Assembly (NCBI RefSeq): GCF_004010195.1
Contig: NC_057755.1
Span: forward strand, 2,259,783-2,307,005
Reading direction: 5' to 3'
From: Chiloscyllium plagiosum
Taxonomy: Eukaryota
DNA: 47,223 nucleotides
This document shows positions 1 to 11,381 of this stretch, in pieces. The translations under genes and the position numbers were made by a program. The notes under the pieces are model-generated. The model saw nothing but the letters and a program-made list of their open reading frames with translations, had not been told where the DNA came from and ran no database searches. Numbering within the stretch: the first letter of the stretch is position 1; every line of letters starts with the position of its first letter.

Positions 1-478
1 GAGGTCAATTCCTGGAATGGCAGGATTACCTTACACTGAAAGACTGGAGCGACTGGGCTTGTATACCCTTGAGTTTAGAAGACTGAGAGGGGATCTGATT
101 GAGACATATAAGATTATTAAAGGATTGGACACTCTGGAGGCAGGAAACATGTTTCCGCTGATGGGTGAGTGCCAAACCAGAGGGCACACCTTAAAAATAC
201 GGAGTAGACCATTTAGGACAGAGCTCAGGAGAAACTTCTTCACCCAGAGAGTGGTGGCTGTGTGGAATGCTCTGCCCCAGAGGGCAGTGGAGGCCCAGTC
301 TCTGGATTCATTTAAGAAAGAGTTGGATAGAGCTCTCAAGGATTATGGAATCAAGGGTTATGGAGATAAGGCAGGAACAGGATACTGATTAAGGGTGATC
401 AGCCATGATGATATTGAATGGTGGTGCAGGCTCGAAGGTCAGAATGGCCTACTGCTGCACCTATTGTCTATTGTCTAT
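1..478 (+). mobile_element. CR1-clade LINE 3' end (ORF2 C-terminus, 3' UTR, short-repeat tail); apparently young, inserted into Gypsy gag
   Basis: Uninterrupted ORF 17-388 (ERLERLGLYTLEFRRLRGDLIETYKII...FFTQRVVAVWNALP) is the typical CR1 ORF2 C-terminus. It ends in a (CTATTGT)n tail at ~461-478. Confidence 0.93.
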
Positions 479-3400
479 TATCTGTTATCTAATTAGCAGA
501 TGAATGCATGTTGGTACATAAGACAAGCTTCGAGCTGGAATTTCATCCTGTGAGGGCTAGAAGATGGGAGAAGGTGAGATCCACACTATGAAAACACGAG
601 TGGAGAACACTAGTGAGTGTTTACCACAGGTTAAAAAAGAAGCCCAAGAGGTTAGAAAGCAGGTGAAAGGCCTCAGGTGTTTCCACTGTGGTAAATTGGG
701 ACACATAAAGTCACAGTGCTGGTCGTTAAAGAAAGGCACTGTGGGAAATGCCGTGGTAAACGAAGCTAAACCAGTAGAATTAGCGAAAGAAGTAAAAGAA
801 ACCTCAAGAAGAACTGAGCAGCTTCAGGAAAGTGCACAGCCTCGGCAGTGTCTGGGTATGGAGTTAGTGCCTGACCTCTCTCAATAAAGAATTTGCCTCT
901 GTGGGTGAAGTTCATTCAGAAAGAACATGGGGAGAAGGAGAAGAAGTTATAACTGTGTGAGATACAGTATCTAACCGGTATCTAATGCTAAGAGATAAGC
1001 GAATTTTCACTCTATCTGATGTATTACCCGAGAGTGTGGTTATTTCTGAGATGAATAGACAGAAGTGTAGCATTCCCCTATGTAAGATCATGTTGGTGTG
1101 TCAACTAAAGACTGGGGAAGTAACAGTGGGAGGGATTGACAGAGTGTCAGTTCCAGTAATCCAGTTTGTTCTTGGGAATGACTTAGCAGGGTCCAAGGTA
1201 GGCGTGACACATCTTGTTGTGGAAAATCCCAAGGAAGATCAAGAGACTGAAGATTTAAAAGAAAAAAAAACCCTGCTATTTTCCCAGACTGTGTAGTAAT
1301 CAGATACCACTATCATTCAGCACAGCACAAAGCAAAAACGAAAGAAAAAGTTGAAGGCGTTGAGTTTCAGTTAGTGTATACCCTGTTAGAGGTAATTTTT
1401 CAGGAAAAACCTGAGCAGGCAGAGGGTCGGACAGAAGTGTTTAGTCCTGAAAGGCTAAGGGAATTGCAACAGCAAGAAAAGATAGTAAAAGATATATATG
1501 TGAATGCAAACTCTGAAAAGGAGGCAGAGAATACTCCTGATGGTTATTATCTGAAATGTAGAATCCTAAAATGGAAATAGAGACCACGGCAGGTTAATGC
1601 AGAGATTAAATGGACCAAAGTGCACCAGATTGTGTTGCCGCTAGCATAAAGACAGGAAGTGTTACAGGTCGCACATGAACTACGAGTAGGAAGTCACCAA
1701 CGGGTCGGGAAGACTTAGGCTAACGTACGAAAACATTTTTACTAGCCTGGAAGGCACAAGGATGTGGTTATCTTTTACCGTACATATTCAACATGTCAAA
1801 TAGTAGGTAAGATACAGGCAGTAATAAAACTGGCACCTTTGTCGCTAATCCCACGTTTGAAGAACCTTTCACGTGACTTTTAAGTTAGTGTGTAAGTCCC
1901 CTCCAGAGAACTAGAAGAGAGAAGAGAATGAGGAATAAAATCTTCGTTTTATGGATTTTGATGCGCCTTAAAATACGTTAAAAAATGAAGAAGTCCTTGA
2001 GAAGTGGGATTGGTTAGTAAACTATATGTTCATGAAAAATGAATACAGTTGAAAGCTTTCTTACTGCAGTATGGGGACATATGTAGGCATCAGATGGGGA
2101 AGACTAATGCTATTGTATGGGAAGTAGACGTAGGGAATTTTGGTCTGATGAAAGAATGCCCCGATCAGCTTTATTCATTCATAACCAGGCAGATCCAGAA
2201 GGAGATGGTGTCCATGCTCAATGAGGATATCATAGAATCGAGCCAGAGCGAGTGGAGTTCTTAGTTCCTAAACTGGAGTGGACTCAATGATTTTGCATGG
2301 AGTGCGCATGAATTCTCAGAAGGTCAAATTCATTACAAAAATTGAATCATATCCAATTCCGAGTTTGGAGGACTGTATCGAAAAAGTTGGAGAAGCCAGT
2401 TACATTGCCAAGTTTGACTTACTGTGTGATTACTGACAGGTACCTTTATCAGAAATGGCGAAGGAAATTTCTGCATTTGTAACCCCAAACGGGCTATATC
2501 AGTTCAAAGGTATGCCACATTCCAAACACTCATGAAAAGAGTTGTGGATGGGTTAACAAACTGTGCCGTCCATTGGACAATGTACTGATCTTTACTGAGT
2601 CCAGTAAAGATCAATGGTACAGTTGGCAGAGTTCTTTGAACGACTACGAGAAGCAAAACTGCTAGTAACTGAAACAAAACTGAGTGCACGAAAGCAACAA
2701 TGACATTCTTGGGACATAACATTGATCATGGAAGATTGAACCCATGGACCTCAAAGAAGAAGGCCATTGAGCAATTTCCATTACCAACCTCGAAGAAAGA
2801 GGTGCTTTGTTTCTAATGACTGAACGAATTCGATCAGAAGTTTGTTCCAAACTTCATCAGTGTCGTGGCACCATTAACCGATTCGCTGAAGAAGAACACA
2901 AAGTTTCAGGAAGGTTCCTGCCATTTAAAAGCAATATTAACCATTGCAACAGTTTTAACTGCACCAAAATTTTCTAAACCTTACAATGTTGCCATTGATT
3001 CTCGTAACATAGGAGTTGGAGCTGTACTGCTACAGGACGATGACGATGGGATTGAACTGCCAGTTGGTTACTTTTCAAAGAAACTCAACATCCACCAGAG
3101 GAAATACTCCAGATTCGGAAAAGAACTGTTGAGATTCGTACTGTCCTTACAACATGTTAATGTGTATGTCACAAACAATCTGTCGCACACGGTTATGTAC
3201 ACGGATCACAATCCTCTTAAAACCTTGGAACACTTTAAAGACATAAATATGAAAATGTTCCGTTGTATTCTTATGTTACAGACTTCTAATTTACAATTTG
3301 TACATGTTGTGGGTCATCAGAATGTAATCGCCGATGTATTATAATGGGTTTAACTTATAAAGTATAGATGAGATTGGGATATATTCAGTGTTTTATATAT

Positions 3401-3527
3401 ATGCGAGAAGAAGTTAAAATCAAAATTGATTAAAGTTATATGTATGTCATGATAATGTGGTTAAGGAATTGAAAATAAAAATGAAGTCATCTTTTCATTA
3501 TGATGGTTTTTTTTTTCTTAAGGTGGG
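479..3527 (+). mobile_element. Decayed Ty3/Gypsy LTR retrotransposon internal region, Gmr1-like domain order gag-PR-IN-RT-RNaseH
   Basis: CCHC knuckle CFHCGKLGHIKSQC (ORF 564-887). Protease-like region ~950-1200 (V*DT..., FVLGNDLAG). Integrase Zn-finger remnant ~1620-1900 (HQIVLP..AHE..H..KT..HFY*P..CQ). RT ~2050-2860 (IIESSQSEWSS, YPIP, AFVTP.GLYQFK). RNase H 2865-3344 (AIDSRNIGVGAVLLQ..PVGYFSKKLN..YTDHNPL..NVIADVL). Many stops and frameshifts. Confidence 0.9.
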
Positions 3528-4245
3528 TGTTATGAAGGTGTAGGTGTGTACTGTACCTTTAAGAGAGAGGACGCTAGCAAGGACTGACTGAAAGCAGAGA
3601 GAGTGCTGAACAAGGTAAAAATGTAACACTTGGTTGAAACAAATAGCTGGAGTTACCTTGCCATGGAAGAAAATTAAATTTAAATTTGTTCAATCAGTTT
3701 AAATTAAGTCTCGGAAACCAACATCCCATCGAATTTGACTTTAGTGTTTTAATGGCATGAGACCAAAAAAAAAAACAATGCTTTGGGTATAAAACTGGAC
3801 ATATTGAACAACATATTGGACATATGGAGGGAACAACAAAGAGCACCAACAATTACAGGCTGCTAGCCAAATACGTCTATGAAAGGGACCTGTCCATAAT
3901 AAATTTGTGCAGCAATACACTGAAGAAAAGACGACCCAGGAAAATCTACAGAGGGCATTCTAACGGAGGAAAATCAGCAAAGCTGACTGGTTTCAAAATG
4001 TGATTTTTTTTTTGTAAATCTTAATCGTACCAGTATTGTGGAGTGCGAGGTACAAAGATAGTTGTTAGAAACGAGTTTTAAATAGTGGTTTTAATGTTCT
4101 ATGTTGACTTAAAGAATAAACTTGTTAATTTTTATTTTAAATAGTGAAATCTCAGATAGTTTGTTGCCTCTTAAAATTTAACAGATTACGGTGCGAGGTG
4201 AGCTTTCCTGTGTGCCAGGTTTAAATTAGCACCCATCTCGTAACA
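3528..4245 (+). mobile_element. 3' LTR of the Gypsy element (~718 bp)
   Basis: Starts TGTTATGA (3528) directly after a purine-rich tract AAGGTGGG and ends TCGTAACA (4245): TG...CA termini with a 7/8 inverted repeat. TATAAAA at ~3788 and AATAAA at 4115-4120. The 5' LTR lies outside the window. Confidence 0.8.
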
Positions 4246-4416
4246 TGTTTGACAAATATGGCCAATTTTAAAGAACAGAAACAGGCAGATTGTACAGATT
4301 TGAAGACCGTGCTGATAATGTGGTTCACACGTACAAATATGTTACTCAATATAAAAAGAATGATAAATGACTGGGTATAAAGCTTTATAATGATTTATTT
4401 ATAGTTGTGCTCACAG

Positions 4417-4577
4417 ATCCAGACTCCACAATCACTAAGTTCTTGAGAGAGTGTAAGAGCTCCCAACTATTCCAATTGATGAAATTCTACTGGTACAGAC
4501 TTGAAGAGGAAGGGGTGGATAGTCTCCGCATATTGTTAAATCCATTTGAAAGGATTTGCAGTGGAAAAGAATATTCA
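4417..4577 (+). pseudogene. Candidate orphan exon resembling the N-terminal region of cartilaginous-fish NLR (NLRC3/NLRP3-like) proteins
   Basis: Acceptor ctcacag| at 4416 and donor |gtatgt at 4578. Open frame DPDSTITKFLRECKSSQLFQLMKFYWYRLEEEGVDSLRILLNPFERICSGKEYS resembles, from memory, the shark NLR motif 'STI.EFL...DDFQLFQLTKFYRDRLEQAIEEGV'. No NACHT or LRR exons found in the window. Confidence 0.5.
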
Positions 4578-5239
4578 GTATGTAGAAGGGACACAGAATG
4601 GTTCCAATTATATCACTATCACAAAACTGGCAGAATAACAATAAAGGAAATGCTGGATGAAGAAAAAGACCAAAGTTTTCCAACGTCCTGATAATCTCAC
4701 ACTGCAATAATAATGGAGTTACTAATCAATCACCTCATCAGTTTATCCAAAACAAACCCAGTCTTGAAGAGAGAAAATAAAAACACCAATGGTTCTGAAC
4801 CAAAACGTCAAGGTGTAGATGGTAACATATTGGAATGGATAGAAACTTAACTGGTCAACAGGGATCAGGGATAGGGTTTTGTCAAAAGAAACAATCCTTT
4901 TAATGGTACTACTACATAAAAGTGTACAGAAGCTACTCAAGCATATTTTCTGGAGAAAGGCAGAATGTTTCCTCCAGTCAATACATTAAAAGCCAAAATG
5001 TCAATTAATGTGATAATTCCTAATGTGTACATATACATCGTATTGTACAACATGCACTTAGAACATGATTTTTTGCCCAGAGCAGTAATTATAAGAGTTG
5101 TTCAGAAATTACTCACGGATTTGGTTGACTTATTCATCCATTTAATTGGATTGGTTTGGTAGTGAGTCACTGACATGGGATTTGGGATTTACAATGTCTC
5201 AGTTTTATGTCCACGAAATATACAGTAGGCAACAGTCAC

Positions 5240-6245
5240 CACGTAGAGTCATGCATATGTTTTAGATTATGTATTTGTACCATCCTCCACCATTTCCGCT
5301 GGCAGCTCTCTCCACCCAAGCACCCCCGCCTTCTGTGGAGTCACCTCTCATGTCTTTTAAATCTTGCCCCACGTACTTTACTTCCTCGAGTTTTGAGCAC
5401 ACCATCCTCGGAAAAAGACTTTGGCTATTAACCCTACCCATGTCCCTCATGTTCTTATAAACCTCCAAAAGGTCACCCCATAATCTCTGATGCTCCAGGG
5501 AAAAAAAATATTCCCAGCCTACTCTTTCTCTACCTAAACCATAAATGCTCCAATCCCAGCAATATCCATGCAAATGGCATCTGAAGCCTCTCAAGTTTAA
5601 CAACATCCTTTCCAAAGAAGGGCGATCAGAATTGTGTGCAGAATTTCAATTGTGGCCTTACCAAAGTTCTGTACAACCGCAACGGGACATTCTCAACTCC
5701 TGTACCTAATGCCATGACCTAATGCACGGATGCCAAATTCCTTCTTCACCACCCTGTATACAATGGTTACACTTTCAAGGATCATTGCACCTTTACCCCG
5801 CGGTGTCTTTGATTGGCAACACTCCCCATGCCCCTAGCATTAACTGTGTATGTACTCCCTGTTTCGCCTTACCAAAATGCGACATGTCACATTCATCTAA
5901 ATTGAACTCTATCTGACACTCCTCACTGATTGGCCCATCTGACCAACGTCCTGTTTTAATCGTGAGGTAACATTCTTCACTGTCCACTACAAACCCGATT
6001 TTGATGTAACCTGCAAACTTACTAACCATATCCCTCCCATATAGACATCTAAATCATTTGTATGAATCACATCTAAAAAGCAGTGGACTAGCAGCAAACC
6101 TTGGGGCACACCTTTGATCATCGGCCTCCAGTCCAAAAATGAACGCTCCAGCACCCCTCCTCTGTCTCCTATTTTCAAGCCAATTGGTATCCAATTGGCT
6201 CACTTTTCCTGAATCCTATGTACGCTAACCTTATTTACCAGCCTC
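5240..6245 (-). mobile_element. Decayed CR1 LINE fragment (RT C-terminal half to 3' end)
   Basis: Minus-strand ORF pieces FLDWRPMIKGVPQG, VSKFAGYIKIGFVVDSEE, IEFNLDECDMSHFGK, FFSLEHQRLWGDLLEVYK. Confidence 0.88.
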
Positions 6246-6599
6246 ACAAAGGTTGATACAGATAGTATTCGAGGAGAATTCGATCTTACACTGGATGGGG
6301 TGACGAGATCATTCACAGGGATGATGCCTAGAATGCACCGTTTTAGCTGGGAGAGAGGCTGGACAGGTTGGGATGTTTTCATTTGAAGCGAGAAACATAG
6401 GAACAGGGGGAGACCATTCAGCTCCTCAAACATGTTCTACCATTCAATGAGATCATGGCTGTTCTGTAGCTCAGCCCATATCACATGACTTAAGAAAAAT
6501 GTTACTATCACATATTTAAATTTAGCAAAAGATGTAGCATCAAATATTGTTTGCGGAAGATGGTTTAATACATTTACTGTCTATAGTGATTGCAACGAG

Positions 6600-7078
6600 T
6601 CATAGAAAATGACTTCCCTGTTTGGGGCTGTTAATCTGGTCCAATCAAGCAGCCTCGGCTGACAGAGAAGAGCATTAGAGTCACACGTCCTATTCATTTG
6701 GAGAGCTAGCGCTGAGGGAGTTATTTCAGTGGTGATGAGAGAATAGCACCGTCCTGAAGAAACTCGCTCCCAATAATGATATTTAAGTTCGGGTAAGCAT
6801 TTCTGACATCATGATGTCGTTTGAGAAAGTAGACTTGTTCAATCCTGCCACTGAAGGTTGAGTCCTGTATGTGGAAAGAATGTGTTTTTTTTTCTGTGCA
6901 AATGACGTTGTAGCAGATGAAAAGCAACAAGTAATTCTCCTGACAGCTTGTGGACCCACAGAATGTTTGGTCATTAGAAGACTGACTTTCCCTGAGGCAC
7001 CAGATGCGAACACCTTTCAAGAGTTGTCAGATTTTGTTAAGGAAAATTTCAACCTCAAGCCTCCTCTAATTCTGAGAC
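6600..7078 (+). mobile_element. Second Gypsy family fragment: LTR remnant, PBS-like site and gag N-terminus
   Basis: LTR-like sequence ~6610-6728 ends TTCA, followed by TGGTGATGAG (6730-6739, similar to a TGGCGACGAG primer-binding site). Then gag-like ..FNPATEG*VLYVERMCFFFCAND..KQQVILLTACG..IRRLTFPEAPDANTFQEL. The LTR part is similar to 37575-37755. Confidence 0.72.
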
Positions 7079-7089
7079 CCTTCATTAGG

Positions 7090-7381
7090 CTAGATTAAAT
7101 TATTGACGATGTTGAGACAGGTCATACGATCGCACAACTTATGCTAACCATCTGAAGAGTAACCCACCCAGACCCACTTCGCACTGAGTAATGAACCTAA
7201 CACGACAGACAATCTATCATGGCCAATTTACCTGATCTTTAGATTGTGGGAGAAAACCGGAGCAAACGAAGGCAGACTCAAGGAGAATATGCAAACTCCA
7301 CGTGGACAGTCACCCAAGCAGGATTTAAACTGGGTTCTCTGACGCTGAGAGGCAACAGTGCGAACCACTGAGCCACCGTGC
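7090..7381 (-). mobile_element. tRNA-derived SINE (HE1-like), diverged, near full length
   Basis: The reverse complement starts GCACGGTGGCTCAGTGGTT (A box) and carries a B-box-like GGGTTTAAATCC. The body matches the SINE copies at 27051-27202 and 34674-34899. Confidence 0.82.
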
Positions 7382-7860
7382 TGAAACTTTATCTATTTTA
7401 TTTGCATTTTGAGAACCATGAGAATTCATATTGGGATTTTTGACTGGGTTAAGATGACTGGCAAAGGCAAGGGGAAGGTAGCAAAGATGTGTCTTCACTC
7501 CACAGTTGACCATTTGAGGTGGGGGGCAGGCATGGCCCAACACTGACCTTCCTCATGCCCTGGAAACAGGTGGTGACTGGGTATCCAATCTGGAAAGGTA
7601 TCTGGTCGAAGGGCGGAGCTTTGTTAATGGCTGCTGAACTGCTCTAGCAGGAAAGGAGGTAAGGGGCAGGATGACCAGTTGGGAATTCTGGAATGAGGGA
7701 GGATTTTCTACGAATTAGGGCCAGATTAGCCTGGAGATATACACTCCTTGTGTTTAATGTGATACTGCACATACCACTGCAGAGATGTATTTCTTGAAAA
7801 ACCTGCTCATGTCTTTTGTACATTTTATTATTTCTATAAATAAATCAAAAAAAAAAAATA

Positions 7861-8665
7861 GAGGCAGAGGATGAGGCGTTCTTCCTCCAGGCGTCAGGTG
7901 GTGAGGGAGCGGCGGTGAAGGAGTCCCAGGACCTCCATGCCCTCGGCTGAGAGGGAGGGGGAGTTGAAATGTTGGGCCACAGGGCGGTGTGGTTGATCGG
8001 TGTGGATATCCCAGAGATGTTCCCTAAAGCGCTCTGCTAGGATGCGTCCAATCTCCCCAATGTAGAGGAGACCGCATCGGTAGCAACTGATATAATAAAT
8101 GATATTGGTGGATATGCAGGTAAAAGTTTGATGGATGTGAAAGGCTCATTTGGAGCCTTGGATGGAGGTGAGGGAGGAGGTGTGGGCGCAGGTTTTGCAA
8201 TTCCTGCGGTGGCAGGGGAAGGTGCCAGGACGGGGGTGTGGATTGTTGGCGGGCGTGGACCTGACCAGGTAGTCTTGGAGGGAATGGTCCTTGTGGAAGG
8301 CGGAAAGGGGTGGGGAGGGAAATATATCCATGGTGATGGGGTCCGTTTGGTGGTGGCAGAAATGTCGTCAGATGATTTGGTTTTTGCGAAAGTCGTTAGG
8401 GTGGAATGTGAGCACCAGGTGTGTTCTGTTCTTGTTACGTTTGGATGATTGGGGTCTGAGGGCGGAGGTGCAGGATGTGGACGAGATGTGTTGGAGGGCA
8501 TTTTTCACCACGTGGAAAGGGAAATTGCGGTCTCCAAAGAAGGAGACCATCTGATGTGTTCTGTGGTGGAACTGGTCCTCCTGGGATCAGACACGGCGGA
8601 CGTGGAATAATTGGGAATAGTGGGTGGCATTTTTGCAGGAGGTAGGTGGGAAGAGGTGTAATCCA
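7861..8665 (-). mobile_element. Penelope-like element fragment (RT C-terminus to GIY-YIG endonuclease), inverted relative to the adjacent copy
   Basis: Diverged reverse complement of 10042-10846. Encodes PGTFPCHRRNCKTC and FTCISTNIIYYISCYRCGLLYIGETGR (GIY-YIG type). Confidence 0.9.
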
Positions 8666-11245
8666 CCCCCATTTCCCCCACCACACACACTCCAGTTACA
8701 GCCTCCGCCTCCACTCTCAGCTCCACACCCACACCGGGTGCCAGCACCCAGGCCTGCCGAGTTTTCATCATTCCTTCATACGTTCCCCTCACTCAGCTTC
8801 ATTCCCCTCCGCCCACACATCAATGAATTTACTACGCATCGTGACGTCGAACATTTCTTCTGGTGCCTCTACCTCCATGCTTACTTTTAGAATCAGGACT
8901 CCTGCCCTCCTTCCGAGGACCCATTCCCCCGCCTCCAACACACTCTATCCAACTGGACACCCCGTGCTGGCCTATTACCCGCCCTCTACCTCTTTATTTC
9001 CAACTGCCGCTGGGACATTAACCTGTCTACTCCTCCCCCAGTCCAACCTCTCACCCTCACAATGCGCAGTCCTCCACTCCCTCTGCTCAAATCCCGATCT
9101 CACCATCAAGCCAGTGGATAAAGTGGGTGCAGTGGTAGTCTGGCGCACCGACCTCTACACCGCTGAAGCCAGATACCAACTCGAAGACACCTCCTCCTAC
9201 CACCCTCTCGACCATGACCCCACCCCAATCACCAAACCATCATCTCCCAGACCATACAGAGCCTCATCACCACAGGAGATCCCCAACCTACGGCTTCCAA
9301 CCTCATAGTCCAGAAACCCCGCACTGTCTGGTTCTATGTCCTTCCCAAGATCCACAACACTGACCAACCTGGCCGACTCATTGTCTCAGCATGCTCCTGC
9401 CCCACTGAACTTATTTCTACCTACCTAGACACTGTCCTATCCCCTCAGTCCAGGAACTCCCCACATACGTTCGACACACTGCCCATGCCCTTCACCTCCT
9501 CAAAGACTTCTGATTCACCGGCCCCGAAAGCCTCATTTCCACCATGGATATGTAATCCCTTGACACCTCCATCCGCCATGACCAGGGCCTCCAAGCCCAC
9601 AGTTTCTTCTTCTCCCGACATCCCCAACAGTACCCTTCTACTGACACTCTCATTCGTTTGGCTGAACTGATCCTCACCCATATAAATTTCTCCTTCGAAT
9701 CCTCTCAGTTCCTCCAGACCAAAGAGGTAGCCATGGGCACCCGTACATGCCACAGCTATGCCCTTTTCTTTGTTGACTACGTAGAACAGTCCATCTTCCG
9801 TAGTTACACTGGCCCACTCCCCACCTCTTCCTCCACTACATTGACTGCATTGGCGCCACCTCGTGCTCCCGCGAGGAGATTGAGCAATTCATCAACTTTA
9901 CCAACACATTCCACTCTGACCTCTAATCTACCTGGACCATCTCTGACACATCCCTCCCTTTCCAGGACCTCTCAATCCCCATTAATGATGACCGACTTGA
10001 CACCAATATTTTTTACAAACCAACTGATTCCCACAGCTACCTGGATTACACCTCTTCCCACCCTATCTCCTGCAAAAATGCCATCTACTATTCCCAATTC
10101 CTCCACGCCCGCAGTATCTGCCCCCAGGAGGGCCAGTTCCACCATAGAACACACCAGATGACCTCCTTCTTTGGAGAGCGCAATTTCCCTTCCCACGTGG
10201 TGAAAGATGCCCTCCAACGCATCATGTCCACATCCCGCACCACCGCCCTCAGACCCCACCTCTCAAACCGTAACAAGGACAGAACCCCCTGTTGCTCACC
10301 TTCCATCCTGCCAACCTTAGCATAAACCAAATCATCTGACGACATTTCCGCCAACTCCAAACGGACCCCACTACCAGGGATATTTTTCCCTCCCCACCCC
10401 ATTCCACCTTCCACAAAGACCATTCCCTCCGTGACTATCTGGTCAGGTCCACGCCCGCCAACAACCCATCCTCCCGTCCTGGCGTCTTCCTCTGACACCG
10501 CAGGAACTGCAAAGCCTGAGCCCACAACTCCAACCTCACCTCCAACCAAGGCTCCAAATGAGTCTTCCACATCCATTAAAGTTTTACCTGCACATCCACC
10601 AATATCATTTATTGTATCAGTTGCTCCCGATGCGGTCTCCTCGACAATGGGGAGACTGGACGCCTCCTAGCAGAGAGCTTTAGGGAACATCTCTGGGACA
10701 TCCGCTCCAATCAACCACACCGCCCTGTGGCCCAACATTTCAACTCCCCCTCCCACTCAGCCGAGGACATGGAGGTCCTGGGCCTCCTTCACCGCCGCTA
10801 CCTCACCGCACGACGCCTGGAGGAAGAACGCCTCATCTTCCGCCTCGGATCACCTCAACTCTAGGGCATCAATGTGAACTTCACCAGTTTCATCATTACC
10901 CCTTCCCCCACCTCACTCTAGTTCCAATCTTCCAGCTCAGCAATGTTCCCATGACTTGTCCTACCTGCCTATCTTCCTTTCCACCTATCACTTCACCCTC
11001 CTCTCTGACCTATCTCCTCCATCCCCACCTCCATTCACCAATTGTACTCCATGCTACTTTCTCCCCACCCCCACCCCCCTCTCATTTATCTCTCCACCCT
11101 GCAGGCACTCTGCCTCCATTCCTGATGAAGGCCTTTTGCCCGAAACATTGATTTTCCTGCTCCTCGTATGCTGCCTGAACTGTGGAGCTTTTCCAACACC
11201 ACTCTAATCTAGAATCTGGTTTCCAGCATCTGCAGTCCTTTTTCA
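8666..11245 (+). mobile_element. Penelope-like element, decayed RT + GIY-YIG ORF with 3' tail containing a hammerhead motif
   Basis: LTIKPVDKVGAVVVW, FYVLPKIH, GRLIVSACSCPTE, FLQTKEVAMGT (RT motifs). IIYCISCSRCGL..GETGRLLAESFREHL (GIY-YIG) at ~10600-10700. C-rich strand. CTGATGA..GAAAC at 11122-11146. Confidence 0.9.
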
Positions 11246-11381
11246 ACCTATCTGATCTCCAGCATCTGCAGTCCTCACTTTTTTTCCTGATGGTATCCTC
11301 GCCATGTGATTTCTGAACTGGGAAAACTGCTGTTAATTCTGGACTTCTCAGTTGCAGTGCTGACACCCTGAAGTGAATAAT

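Noticed and set aside
5081..5161. Possible further exon (cccag| ... |gtgagt) downstream of the NLR-like exon
   Set aside because: The phase-0 frame needed to follow the 4577 donor has a stop, and I recognise no homology.
7300..7381. tRNA gene
   Set aside because: The A/B-box region is the head of a SINE and continues into the SINE body; no clean cloverleaf.
8037..10670. Pro/Thr-rich and Gly/Val-rich ORFs as host genes
   Set aside because: Alternate frames or antisense of the C-rich Penelope element.
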